Of a stretch of 64,000 nucleotides of DNA, positions 9,775 to 18,833 are shown in pieces. This stretch comes from Myxococcota bacterium (GTDB taxonomy: Bacteria; Myxococcota_A; UBA9160; UBA6930). Below the pieces are notes generated by a model. That model had not been told where the DNA came from. It saw nothing but the letters and a program-made list of their open reading frames with translations, and searched no databases. Positions within the stretch are counted from its first letter, which is position 1; the number at the start of each line of letters is the position of its first letter. Made by a program: the position numbers and the translations under genes. Where the stretch lies: assembly GCA_965223415.1 (NCBI GenBank), contig OZ245002.1, positions 1,088,001 through 1,152,000 of the forward strand, given 5' to 3'.

Positions 9775-10124
9775 GGCGCGTCGTCCAGCGGGAGACCGGC
9801 GATGAATGCGACGAGGCGACGCAGCTCGGCCTCCGAACAGAAGCTGCACGTGCCGAGGGGCGGCATGTTCCCCCAGCCCTCGACGGTGTGGGTCAGGAGC
9901 AAGGCCGGCCCCTTCGAGCGGCGGCGCTGCCACTCGGCTTCGTCACCGATCACCGGGACGCCGATCCCCGCGTGCGCGTGGCACGTCGCGCAGATCTCCT
10001 GGAACACCCGGGTTTCTCGAGGGGTGAGCCCGCCTGCGGACGGCGCGATCGCCGAGCCCGAGAGGGCGATCCCCATCACGCCCAGACCGAGGATCCCGGG
10101 CCTCAGCCACGAGGTCGGAAACAT
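9771..10124 (-). CDS. Cytochrome c5-like protein
   Basis: Signal peptide, CATCH heme motif, MPPLGTCSFCS. Confidence 0.85.
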   Translation of the reverse strand: MFPTSWLRPGILGLGVMGIALSGSAIAPSAGGLTPRETRVFQEICATCHAHAGIGVPVIGDEAEWQRRRSKGPALLLTHTVEGWGNMPPLGTCSFCSEAELRRLVAFIAGLPLDDAP

Positions 10125-10136
10125 GTGGGAGGGAGT

Positions 10137-10706
10137 CTAGCGCGCTCCGAGGTCCCGACCGTGCGAAGCGATCAGACGCTCGAGCCGCGCGAGGCGCAGG
10201 CCCTCGGGCGCGTCGATGCGACCGAGCCAGGTCCGCACGTAGTCGAGGTCGAGGGGCCGATCGCAGGCGACCAGGATGCCGGCCACGTCCTGCCAGTCCT
10301 TCTCCCGGTCGAAGGTCACCTTGTAGACGATCAGGTCCTCGGCGCTCAGGATGTGGATCGGCTCTCCGTAGAAGTCGACCCTGCGGCGGCGCTCCATAGA
10401 GCTCATGTGCAGCGCGTCGTAGGCGAAGAAGAGATCGATCGGCGTCTCGTCCCAGAGCACACGCACCTGCTCGTCGCGGGCGACGAGGCGCCGCAGCCCC
10501 GGGTTGCTCGCATCGGCCCCGAGCGACCCGAGCGCGGCGAAGACGCGCTCGGCCTCGTCGACACCGAGGAACACGTTCACGTCGATGTCGTGGGTCGCCC
10601 GGATGGTGCCGTAGTAGCCGAGGGCCTGTGCGCCGCCGAAGGCGTGCGGGATTCCCCGGGCGGGAAAGGAGTGCTCGATGGCGAGGATCTGCTCGTCGAG
10701 GAGCAC
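10137..10706 (-). CDS. Pol-beta superfamily nucleotidyltransferase (AbiEii/MenT-like), putative toxin
   Basis: FGGAQAL..RATHDID, PIDLFF, SAEDLIVYK..REKDWQD. Confidence 0.75.
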   Translation of the reverse strand: MLLDEQILAIEHSFPARGIPHAFGGAQALGYYGTIRATHDIDVNVFLGVDEAERVFAALGSLGADASNPGLRRLVARDEQVRVLWDETPIDLFFAYDALHMSSMERRRRVDFYGEPIHILSAEDLIVYKVTFDREKDWQDVAGILVACDRPLDLDYVRTWLGRIDAPEGLRLARLERLIASHGRDLGAR

Positions 10707-10708
10707 GC

Positions 10709-11218
10709 CTAACCTCGCCCGAACGCCGGCTCCCCGGAGCTGAAGCGCGGGAAGCGCTCTTCGGGCGGGTCTCGTCGTGAGCCGTGGGAGCGGGCGACCC
10801 GGCTGGCCGTGCGCAGCAGGCCGCGCAGGGCCTTCCCCCGTGCGGCCTCGGAGCGGCCGATCCACTCGGCCGCCTCGACCAGATGCTCGGGCAGCTCCCG
10901 AGCGGGGAGCGCCGCGAGCGCGTCTCGCAGCAGGCCCACGAGCCCAGGCTCGAGGGCGACCCCGCGGCGCAGCTCGGCCAGGAGCCTCCGCGCGGCCTCG
11001 TGCCGGCGCTCGGGGGTCACGGGAATGCCGCGCTCCCGCGCCGCGCTGCGCAGCTGCTCGCGATCGAAGGGCTGGCGGGCCGCGGCGGCGGCTTCGTCCA
11101 GGACCTCCGGCGTCAGGACACCCCGGAAGCGGGCCAGGGTGAACTGTCGCGGCCCCCGGGGGGTCGATCGGCACTCCCGGATCTCGTAGAGATCTCGCTG
11201 GCGGCGGATGGATGCCAT
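10709..11218 (-). CDS. Hypothetical protein, putative antitoxin
   Basis: Stop lies 2 nt upstream of the NTase start; preceded by a palindromic operator and promoter. Confidence 0.55.
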   Translation of the reverse strand: MASIRRQRDLYEIRECRSTPRGPRQFTLARFRGVLTPEVLDEAAAAARQPFDREQLRSAARERGIPVTPERRHEAARRLLAELRRGVALEPGLVGLLRDALAALPARELPEHLVEAAEWIGRSEAARGKALRGLLRTASRVARSHGSRRDPPEERFPRFSSGEPAFGRG

Positions 11219-11219
11219 G

Positions 11220-11266
11220 GCAGTCCTCGTGAGCACCCATTCTAGTACTCACGAGGACTGCGTCAA
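11220..11266 (-). promoter_or_regulatory. sigma70 promoter overlapped by a 14-bp perfect inverted repeat (operator)
   Basis: TTGACG-N16-TAGAAT on the minus strand; gcagtcctcgtgag (11220-11233) / ctcacgaggactgc (11248-11261). Confidence 0.75.
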
Positions 11267-11285
11267 GGCTCCGGCCGGCGAGCGC

Positions 11286-12050
11286 TCAGGCCTTCTTCGG
11301 GCCCCCGTTCTGCCCCGGCCAGCGCGAGCCGCTGATCGTGTCCACGTGGGGCCAGAAGGCGTCCGGGTCGAGGGCCCCTTCCAGGGTGATGTCCCGGGCC
11401 GTGGGCATGGCCGTCTGGAGCTTGGCGGTGAGGGCGCCGCGCTGGGGGAGCAGCGTCGCGATCGGATCCCACGGGCTCTCCCGCAGCGCCAGCTCGCCCT
11501 CCACCTTCTCCTGGAAGAAGGTCTGGTAGGTGGTCGCCACCTTCACCACGTGGGGCGGGAAGTCGTAGGACTTCTCGGCGCCGCCGACGGCGCGGGAGAC
11601 CTTCACCCACCACTCGTTCTCGAGGTAGGGATCCGGGTTCTCGAGGACGCCGGTCGTCTTTCCCTCGAACTCGAGGAAGGTGTAGCGCTGGTGGGTGCCG
11701 CGGGCGTGGACCCGCTCGCCGAGCCGGAAGTACTCGATCTCCGCCGGGTACTTCGGCTGGCCGTTCATGTCGCGGCTGATGAACACCGCGGACTCCTGGT
11801 CGATGGCGTAGCCCAGGGTGTAGATGCCCTTCTGCCCGCGGTAGTCCGCGTCCACGCTGATCACGATGCCGTACTCCGGCTCGTCGGGAACCGGGAAGTT
11901 GTAGATCGAGAGGTGGGCGTTGGCGCTGTCGCTCGGGTCGATGCCCGGCGGCAGCAGGGCCGCGATCTGGTCGGCGTCAGTGGGGTAGTCGATCTTGAGG
12001 AACGGCCAGCCCAGGATGTCGCCGGGGTTCGTCTTCGGGCCATCGGTCAT
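11286..12050 (-). CDS. Acetoacetate decarboxylase family protein
   Basis: YPTDADQIAALLPPG, SRDMNGQPK (Schiff-base Lys position), SPWDPIATL. Confidence 0.8.
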   Translation of the reverse strand: MTDGPKTNPGDILGWPFLKIDYPTDADQIAALLPPGIDPSDSANAHLSIYNFPVPDEPEYGIVISVDADYRGQKGIYTLGYAIDQESAVFISRDMNGQPKYPAEIEYFRLGERVHARGTHQRYTFLEFEGKTTGVLENPDPYLENEWWVKVSRAVGGAEKSYDFPPHVVKVATTYQTFFQEKVEGELALRESPWDPIATLLPQRGALTAKLQTAMPTARDITLEGALDPDAFWPHVDTISGSRWPGQNGGPKKA

Positions 12051-13300
12051 CGTCGGTTCTCCTTGGGCGTCTCGCCCTTGAACAGGCTGCGCTCGGGACC
12101 GATCCGTTCGGCGAGCGGCAGGAGCTTCTCCAGGTCGAAGCCGTAGAAACGGGCGGCGTTGCCGCCAATCATGGCCTCGATGTCGTCTTCCGGCAGACCA
12201 TGGAAGGTCTCCACCATCATCTTGCGGGTCTCGGGCCAGGTGCCCTCGGGATGCGGGTAGTCGGTGCCCCACATGATGTTGCCGACCCCGATGTCGTGGC
12301 GCATCTCGGCCTCACGCCGCGGCATGCAGGAGCTGCCGATGCGGATGTTGCGGCCGAAGTACTCGCTGGGCTTCCTCCCGAGATGGCTCTTGTAGCCGGT
12401 TCCCAGCTTCGCGGTGAAGTGGTGATCGCCGTAGCGGTGATCCATGAGCTTCATCAGCTCCGGCGCCCAGATGGAGGTGCCCTCGGTCACCACCGCCTTG
12501 AGCTGCCCGAAGCGCTCGAAGACGCCACCCCAGATCATGAACACGAGCGGACGCGCGAGCCACCAGGCGACCTCGGTCACGTAGATGCCGAGCCCCCCGG
12601 GCAGCTCCACCGGCTCCTCGCCGTCGGGCTGGGCGCCGAAGAGCGCCATGCCGAAGTACTCGTGCATCGGTGCCGCGCCCGAGTGGAAGTGGATCACCAT
12701 GCCCTCGTCCTGACAGACCGCCCAGATGGGGTCGTACTTCGGATGGTGGTAGGGATCCTGGTTCATCCACATGTGCGGCAGCATGATGCCACGCAGCCCG
12801 CCGGCCCGGGCGGAGCGGATCTCGTCCACCGCCTTGTCCACGCCCCAGAAGGGCGGGATCAGCGCCAGGCCGTAGCGCCGCTCGGGGCACTGGGAGACGA
12901 ACTCCTGGAGCCAGCGGTTGTGGGCGCGGGCGCCGGCCCACTGGAGATCCGGGTCGACGCCCATGGCGGCCAGCGAGAGGTCGCCGCCGAAGGGCGGCGA
13001 GTTGCGCTCGGTGAGCCCGTCGACGAAGAGGATCTCGGCGGCGACGCCGTCCGCGTCGAGGATCTCGTTGCGGCGGTCCGAGTCCCAGGCGCCGGCCAGG
13101 CCGTGCTCCTTCCCCTCTGCCCACTTGGCGCTCTCCTGCGCCATCTCCAGGCGCTCGCCGGCCTGCTCGAGCATGGCCATACGCGCCGCGTGCTGGCGAT
13201 CGAACTCCTCCCGGTACGGGGGGTCGAGGTAGTCGCGGTAGCGCTCGGGCTGGAGCCCGGCGTGGCCGTCCGAAGAGATGACGAGATAGCGATCCATCAC
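12047..13300 (-). CDS. Amidohydrolase_2 family protein
   Basis: ISSDGH, HFH, MWGTDYPHPEGTWP. Confidence 0.9.
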   Translation of the reverse strand: MMDRYLVISSDGHAGLQPERYRDYLDPPYREEFDRQHAARMAMLEQAGERLEMAQESAKWAEGKEHGLAGAWDSDRRNEILDADGVAAEILFVDGLTERNSPPFGGDLSLAAMGVDPDLQWAGARAHNRWLQEFVSQCPERRYGLALIPPFWGVDKAVDEIRSARAGGLRGIMLPHMWMNQDPYHHPKYDPIWAVCQDEGMVIHFHSGAAPMHEYFGMALFGAQPDGEEPVELPGGLGIYVTEVAWWLARPLVFMIWGGVFERFGQLKAVVTEGTSIWAPELMKLMDHRYGDHHFTAKLGTGYKSHLGRKPSEYFGRNIRIGSSCMPRREAEMRHDIGVGNIMWGTDYPHPEGTWPETRKMMVETFHGLPEDDIEAMIGGNAARFYGFDLEKLLPLAERIGPERSLFKGETPKENRR

Positions 13301-13319
13301 GGAGTCCTCCGAGCCGATC

Positions 13320-13369
13320 TTGTACCTCAGTCAAAGGTTGATTGCAATCTCTTAATGATTCGGGTACAA
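13320..13369. promoter_or_regulatory. Putative TetR operator between divergent genes
   Basis: AT-rich imperfect palindrome ttgtacc...gattgcaatc...ggtacaa. Confidence 0.55.
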
Positions 13370-13376
13370 AAAATCC

Positions 13377-13967
13377 ATGCCGACGCGCCGCGATCGCCGC
13401 AGGCTCGAGATCCAGGCCCGCATCCTCGAGGCCGCCGAGGCCCTCTTCGAGGCCCAGGGCTACGAGGAGACCAAGGTCGCCGAGATCTGCGAGCGGGCCG
13501 ATGTGGCCTACGGGACCTTCTTCAACCACTTCCCGGAGAAGAAGGACGTGCTCCGGGTGCTGGCGGAGCGCTCGGTCGCGGAGGTGGCCCTTGGGCTGGA
13601 GGGGTTGGCCAAGCAGGCCGGCTCGATCGAGGACCTGCTGATCGATCTCTTCGAGGGCGCCGCCCTTGCCTACCGGGAGCTCGGACCTCGGCGCCGCGAC
13701 CTGGTGGGGCGCATCCAGACCATCGCCTACGCGGAGGCCGGCGCCGAGAGCGACCGGCGCTACCACGCCGCCTTCGAGCGGTTCCTCGAGGAGGGTCTCG
13801 CCCAAGGCAAGGTGCGGGACGACGTGCCCGTCGCCACCCTGGCGGACGTGCTGGCCAGCACCTTCGCCTCACTCTCGCTCTCGGTGATCCACTTCGACGA
13901 CTTCCCGATCCACGAGCGCTCGGCGGCGGCGGCACGCTTTCTCGCGGGCACGCTCGCGCCCCGGTGA
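13377..13967 (+). CDS. TetR family regulator
   Basis: ILEAAEALFEAQGYEETKVAEICERADVAYGTFFNHFPEK HTH. Confidence 0.95.
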   Translation: MPTRRDRRRLEIQARILEAAEALFEAQGYEETKVAEICERADVAYGTFFNHFPEKKDVLRVLAERSVAEVALGLEGLAKQAGSIEDLLIDLFEGAALAYRELGPRRRDLVGRIQTIAYAEAGAESDRRYHAAFERFLEEGLAQGKVRDDVPVATLADVLASTFASLSLSVIHFDDFPIHERSAAAARFLAGTLAPR

Positions 13968-15394
13968 CCGACACCGGCCTGTGTGACCGCAGCGCGGTCG
14001 AGCTGGCGGGGCTGGTTCGCCGGGGTGAGGTCTCGAGCCGCGAGCTCCTGGCCGCGCACCTGGCGCGCATCGAGGCGGTCGACCCGGTGCTGAACGCCGT
14101 CGTCACCCTGGTGCCGGAGCGGGCGGAGGCCCAGGCGGACGAGGCGGACGAGCGCCAGGCCCGCGGCGAGGCCCTGGGCCCGCTCCACGGGCTCCCCATC
14201 GTCCACAAGGACCTGACGATGACGGAGGGCATCCGCTCGACCATGGGCTCGCCGCTCCTGGCCGAGCACGTGCCGAGCGCGGACGACCTGATGATCTCGC
14301 GGCTTCGCAGGGCCGGCGCGATCCAGCTCGGCAAGACGAACGTCCCCGAGTTCGGTGCGGGCTCCCAGACCTTCAACCCGGTCTTCGGCGCGACACGCAA
14401 CCCCTGGGACCCGTCGAAGACCTGCGGCGGGAGCAGCGGCGGCGCGGCGGTGGCGCTGGCGACGGGCATGGTGCCGATCGCCGACGGCAGCGACCTGGGC
14501 GGCTCGCTGCGCAACCCGGGCAACTTCTGCAACGTGGTCGGCTTCCGCCCGTCACCCGGACGGGTGCCGCAGGTGCCCGCGGCGATGGGGTGGGAAACGC
14601 TGTCCGTACTGGGCCCGATGGGCCGCACCGTCGAGGACACCGCGCTCCTGCTCTCGGCCATGGCCGGGCCCGATCCGCGTTGCCCGATGTCGCTCTCCAC
14701 GCCGGGTGCCCGCTTCGCCGAGCCGTTGGGGCGCGACTTCGCGGGGGTGCGTGTCGCCTTCGATCCGGACCTGGGCGGCCTGCCCGTCGATCCGCGGGTG
14801 CGCGACGTGCTCGAGAAGGGGCTGGCGGGCTTCACGACGATCGGGTGTGAAGTCGAGCGGGCGGGCCTCGACTGGGAGGGGGCCGACGAGGCCTTCCAGA
14901 CGCTCCGCGCCTGGACCTTCGCGAGCGCGCTCGGAGGCCTTCCGGAGGAGCGGCTCGCGATGCTGAAGGAGACGATCCGCTGGAACCTCGCCAAGGGCCG
15001 ACAGCTCTCCGGCGACGCCGTGAGCCGGGCCGAGCGTCTGCGCTCCGCCCTCTTCCAGCGGCTGCACGCCTTCCTGCAGGACTTCGAGTTCCTGGTCCTG
15101 CCGGTGAACCAGGTGCCGCCCTTCGACGTCGAGAGCCCGTACCCGGAAGAGATCGACGGCGTGGGGATGGAGACCTACATCGACTGGATGAAGTCCGCCT
15201 ACTACGTGTCGGTGACCGGCCACCCGGCCATCTCGGTGCCGTGTGGCTTCACGCCGGAGGGCCTTCCGGTGGGCGTGCAGATCGTCGGCCGATACCGGGA
15301 CGATTTCGGCGTGCTGCAGCTCGCCCACGCCTACCAGGAAGCGACGCGCCTGTGCGACCGGAGGGCGCCGATCCTTTCGGAGCCGCCTCGCTAG
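13964..15394 (+). CDS. Amidase signature family amidase
   Basis: PLHGLPIVHKDL, GKTNVPEFG, GGSSGG, GSDLGGSLRNP. Confidence 0.92.
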   Translation: MTDTGLCDRSAVELAGLVRRGEVSSRELLAAHLARIEAVDPVLNAVVTLVPERAEAQADEADERQARGEALGPLHGLPIVHKDLTMTEGIRSTMGSPLLAEHVPSADDLMISRLRRAGAIQLGKTNVPEFGAGSQTFNPVFGATRNPWDPSKTCGGSSGGAAVALATGMVPIADGSDLGGSLRNPGNFCNVVGFRPSPGRVPQVPAAMGWETLSVLGPMGRTVEDTALLLSAMAGPDPRCPMSLSTPGARFAEPLGRDFAGVRVAFDPDLGGLPVDPRVRDVLEKGLAGFTTIGCEVERAGLDWEGADEAFQTLRAWTFASALGGLPEERLAMLKETIRWNLAKGRQLSGDAVSRAERLRSALFQRLHAFLQDFEFLVLPVNQVPPFDVESPYPEEIDGVGMETYIDWMKSAYYVSVTGHPAISVPCGFTPEGLPVGVQIVGRYRDDFGVLQLAHAYQEATRLCDRRAPILSEPPR

Positions 15395-16227
15395 GCGAAG
15401 GTCATCACCCCCTGGTCGAAGACCACGTCGCCAGCCTGGTCCTTCGTCTGGAACCTGCACTCGCCGCCGTCGACCCACATGGAGACCGTCAGCGAGTCGC
15501 CGGGCATGACCGGCTTCGAGAAGCGGCCGTCCATGCTCTTGAATCGGGCAGGGTCGCCGCCGCAGAGGGTGTGCAGGAGCGCGCGGCCGGTGAAGCCGTA
15601 GGTGCACAGACCGTGGAGGATCGGCCGGTCGAAACCACCCATCTTGGCGAAGGCGGGATCCGAGTGGAGCGGATTGCGATCCCCGGAGAGGCGGTAGAGG
15701 AGCGCCTGATCCACGCGGGTGGCATAGGTGACCTCGTGATCGGGCTTGCGGTCGGGCAGCTCGAAGGTGGTGGCCGGGCCGCGATCGCCGCCCCAGCCGC
15801 CCTCGCCTCGGAAGAACGCGACCATCTTGGTGCGGAAGAGCGGCTTGCCGGTGGCCACGTCGACCGAATCCGACACCAGCTCCACCGAGGCCGCCTTGCC
15901 CTTGTCCCAGATCGCAGCGACGCGACCGGTGCTCTCGATCTCGCCCTCCGGCGGGATCTCGTCGAAGAGCTCGATGCCCTGCCCGCCGTGCAGCATCATC
16001 GCCGGGTTGAACGTGCCAATCTTGTCGAAGGGCACGCCACCCCCGCCCAGCACCACGGCCATGGTCGGAAGCACGCGCTGGGGCAGGTCCTTGGTGTTCT
16101 CGGTCGTGAACGCGAGCTCGTCGGTGGCGGCCCCCACGCCGAGGGCGTAGAGCAGCGCATCCTTCGAGGTCCAGGAGCGGCGAACCGGGCCGCCCTCGAG
16201 GCCGACCGCGTCGGGGTTGATGGGCAT
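15391..16227 (-). CDS. Double hotdog MaoC-like (R)-hydratase
   Basis: LLYALGVG, YRLSGDRNPLHSDP, ILHGLCTYG. Confidence 0.92.
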   Translation of the reverse strand: MPINPDAVGLEGGPVRRSWTSKDALLYALGVGAATDELAFTTENTKDLPQRVLPTMAVVLGGGGVPFDKIGTFNPAMMLHGGQGIELFDEIPPEGEIESTGRVAAIWDKGKAASVELVSDSVDVATGKPLFRTKMVAFFRGEGGWGGDRGPATTFELPDRKPDHEVTYATRVDQALLYRLSGDRNPLHSDPAFAKMGGFDRPILHGLCTYGFTGRALLHTLCGGDPARFKSMDGRFSKPVMPGDSLTVSMWVDGGECRFQTKDQAGDVVFDQGVMTFA

Positions 16228-16270
16228 GGGATCTCCTCCGTGTCGGGGAGACCACGGTACCGCAGCCCGG

Positions 16271-17536
16271 CTACGAGACGAGCCCGTGCATGAAGGGCAC
16301 CACGACCCGGACCAGGAGGGCGCTGACGGCGCCGACGCCGAGGGCGGCGACGAGGCCGACGGCGACGGGGCGCAGGCCGAGGGTGCGCAGGCGCTTCAGA
16401 TTGGTGCCGAGGCCGACGGCGGCCATGGCGATCGTCAGGCACCAGGCGGAGACGGTGGACAGGACGGCGATGGCCTCCTGCCAGAGCCCGGCGGAGACGA
16501 GGCCGCCGAAGGGCGCATCGCCCACGTCTCCGAGAGTGCGCAGCAGCGCCATGGCGACGAAGCCGAACACGAAGGTCGGAACCATGGAGCGGATCGGCGG
16601 CCGCTCGCCGGTGGCCCGGCCGTCCTCGCCGTTGGCGTGGTAGAAGAAGGCCATCAGCGGGATGACGGCGATCATGAAGAGGTTGCGGACGAGCTTCGTG
16701 ACCGTGGCGGTGTCGAGGGCTTCCGGCGCCCCGTACTGCTGCATGTAGAGGAGACCGGCGCCTGCGACCTGGGCGGTGTCGTGGATGGCCGTGCCGAGGA
16801 AGGTGCCCGCCAGGGCGGCCTCGCCGCCGAACAGCGCGTGGGAGAGGAACGGATAGGTGACCAGCGCGAGCAGCCCGAAGAGCGTGATGGTCCCGACCGC
16901 GTAGCTGGTCTCGTCCTCGTCGGCGCCGATCACCGGCGCCGTCGCGACGATCGCCGTGTTGCCGCAGATCGACGTGCCCACCGCGATCAGCGTGCCGAGC
17001 CGCCGCGGCAGACCGAGGGCGCGGGTGATCCCGCTCACCAGGAGCAGCGCGGTCGCGATGCACGCCACGACCACCGGGAGCGCCGCCAGACCGATCGCGC
17101 CCACCGCGCCCAGGGACAGCCGGATGCCGAGCAGCGCCACACCGATGCGGAGCACCCGCTGCAGACCGAAGCGCAGGCCCGCTTCGTACACCGAAGGCAG
17201 GCCGATCGTGTTGCGGATCGCGAGGCCCAGCAGGATGGCGATCAGGATCGGGCTGACGGGGCTCTTCTCGAGCCCGAGCCACTCCCGGCCGATTCCCTCG
17301 GAGGCGAGCCGACCGATCCAGGCCAGGGCGAAGGCAATGGTAAGGCCCGGCAGGAGCGCTCCCAGCAGGGCGAAGCGCTCGTGCCCCCCTTCCTGCCACC
17401 GGAGGCGCGCCTCGCGCTCCTCGACCGTCTCGCTGGGGTCGACCCACTCGGGGACGCCCTCCATCCCGCCGGCCCAACGCCAGAGCTCCGGGTTCTCGTA
17501 CGGGTTGACCCGAGCGGCGGGCGAGTGGCCGACCAC
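16271..17536 (-). CDS. YeiH/PSE family putative sulfate exporter
   Basis: Multiple TMs, GTSICGNTAI, GTAIHDTAQV, TKLVRN. Confidence 0.9.
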   Translation of the reverse strand: MVGHSPAARVNPYENPELWRWAGGMEGVPEWVDPSETVEEREARLRWQEGGHERFALLGALLPGLTIAFALAWIGRLASEGIGREWLGLEKSPVSPILIAILLGLAIRNTIGLPSVYEAGLRFGLQRVLRIGVALLGIRLSLGAVGAIGLAALPVVVACIATALLLVSGITRALGLPRRLGTLIAVGTSICGNTAIVATAPVIGADEDETSYAVGTITLFGLLALVTYPFLSHALFGGEAALAGTFLGTAIHDTAQVAGAGLLYMQQYGAPEALDTATVTKLVRNLFMIAVIPLMAFFYHANGEDGRATGERPPIRSMVPTFVFGFVAMALLRTLGDVGDAPFGGLVSAGLWQEAIAVLSTVSAWCLTIAMAAVGLGTNLKRLRTLGLRPVAVGLVAALGVGAVSALLVRVVVPFMHGLVS

Positions 17537-18322
17537 CTAGATCCCCATCCCGAGGTAGGCGGGCTCCGCGTCCTGGCGACCGAGGCTCTGCATCACCGCG
17601 GCGACCGGCCCGTCCTCCTGCTCGGCGTCGGCGAGCAGGCCGCTCCGCAGGTTCGCAGGGACGGCCACGTCGATCTTCTTCGGATAGGCCAGGTCGAGCC
17701 CGTCCATGATCTCGACGAAGGCCGGCTCGTCGATGTCGTCGGCGAGCCGCGGGCTGAAACGGCGCTCCTCCGCCACGGTGGTGACGGTGCGCCCGCGGTA
17801 GTCGTGGCCCGGGTAGAGCAGCGTGTCCGCGGGCAGGCTGAAGATCTTCCCGTGGATCGAGCGGTAGAGGGCGTGAGCGTCGCCCTGCTGGAAGTCGGTG
17901 CGACCGCAGCCGCGCACGAGGAGCGCGTCGCCGGTGAAGGCCATGCCCGCCGCGTGGCACACGTAGGTGATGCAGCCGTCGGTGTGGCCGGGGGTGTGGC
18001 GCGCCTCGAGCTCCAGGGCGCCGGCGCGGACCGCCTCGCCGTCGGCGAGCTCGACGTCGGCGTTCGTCACGCCCGCGGCGGCGCTGACGGCTACGCGGGC
18101 GCCCAGGACCTCCCGCAGGAGGCCCGAAGCGGTGACGTGGTCGGCATGGACGTGGGTCTCCAGGGCGAGGACGAGCCGCAGGTCGAGCTCGCGGATCAGG
18201 GCGACGTCGCGCTCCTGCTGCTCCCGCACGCTGTCGATCAGCACCGCCTCCCGGGAGACCTCGTCGCCCAGCAGATAGGACCAGGTGGAGGTCTCGGGGT
18301 CGAGGAGCTGCCGGAAGATCAT
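17537..18322 (-). CDS. ETHE1-type persulfide dioxygenase (MBL fold)
   Basis: MIFRQL, ETHVHADHVT, TPGHT, FTGDALLVRGCGRTDFQQG, YPGHDY, AVPAN. Confidence 0.92.
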   Translation of the reverse strand: MIFRQLLDPETSTWSYLLGDEVSREAVLIDSVREQQERDVALIRELDLRLVLALETHVHADHVTASGLLREVLGARVAVSAAAGVTNADVELADGEAVRAGALELEARHTPGHTDGCITYVCHAAGMAFTGDALLVRGCGRTDFQQGDAHALYRSIHGKIFSLPADTLLYPGHDYRGRTVTTVAEERRFSPRLADDIDEPAFVEIMDGLDLAYPKKIDVAVPANLRSGLLADAEQEDGPVAAVMQSLGRQDAEPAYLGMGI

Positions 18323-18374
18323 ATGTATATATACGAATATTGCGATTCTCGGCATACGTCAATAGCATGCGACC

Positions 18375-18746
18375 ATGCCCCGCCGCCGACCGCAGCCCCC
18401 GACCCTCTCCGACGAGGCCCTCCAGCTCGTGGCCACGCGCTTCCGCGTGCTGGCCGATCCCGCCCGCCTGCGGATCCTGAACTGCCTGATGCGGGGCGAG
18501 TGCTCCGTCGGCGAGCTGGTCGACGCCACGGGCCAGGAGCAGCCCACCACCTCCCGACACCTGGCGGCGCTGCGGCGGGAAGGCATCGTGAGCCGCCGAG
18601 CCGAGGGCAATCGAGGCTTCTATCGCATCGCGGATCCGACCGTCACGAAGCTGTGCGCAATCGCCTGCGGCGGCCTGGCGGAGCAGCTCGCGGGCGGCCT
18701 CGATGCCCTGCCCGAGCCCAAGGCTTGGCGGGGATCGGGGATCTAG
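18375..18746 (+). CDS. ArsR/SmtB family regulator
   Basis: FRVLADPARLRIL, SRHLAALR; Cys in NCL, GEC and LCAIAC. Confidence 0.92.
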   Translation: MPRRRPQPPTLSDEALQLVATRFRVLADPARLRILNCLMRGECSVGELVDATGQEQPTTSRHLAALRREGIVSRRAEGNRGFYRIADPTVTKLCAIACGGLAEQLAGGLDALPEPKAWRGSGI

Positions 18747-18773
18747 CCGATCCTCCCCTGAGTCCGCGGACAA

Positions 18774-18820
18774 CTTAACAAACGGAACCGGCCCCTAACT
18801 TAACGGCCGGCCCCCAACTT
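18774..18820 (+). repeat. Short dispersed intergenic repeat (cggaaccggcccc core), copy 1
   Basis: 18774-18807 matches 56558-56591 at 29/34 nt; partial tandem copy follows. Confidence 0.6.
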
Positions 18821-18833
18821 GACGGGAGTGGGT

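Noticed and set aside
12200..15394. Apparent long fusions (1064 aa here; also 33520-36459, 27505-29733, 27304-29838, 56466-59723)
   Set aside because: Shadow frames running into real genes whose own starts are at 13964, 34800, 28332, 28387 and 57662
18774..18820. Possible CRISPR repeats
   Set aside because: Only about two degenerate copies per site, no regular spacers, no cas genes
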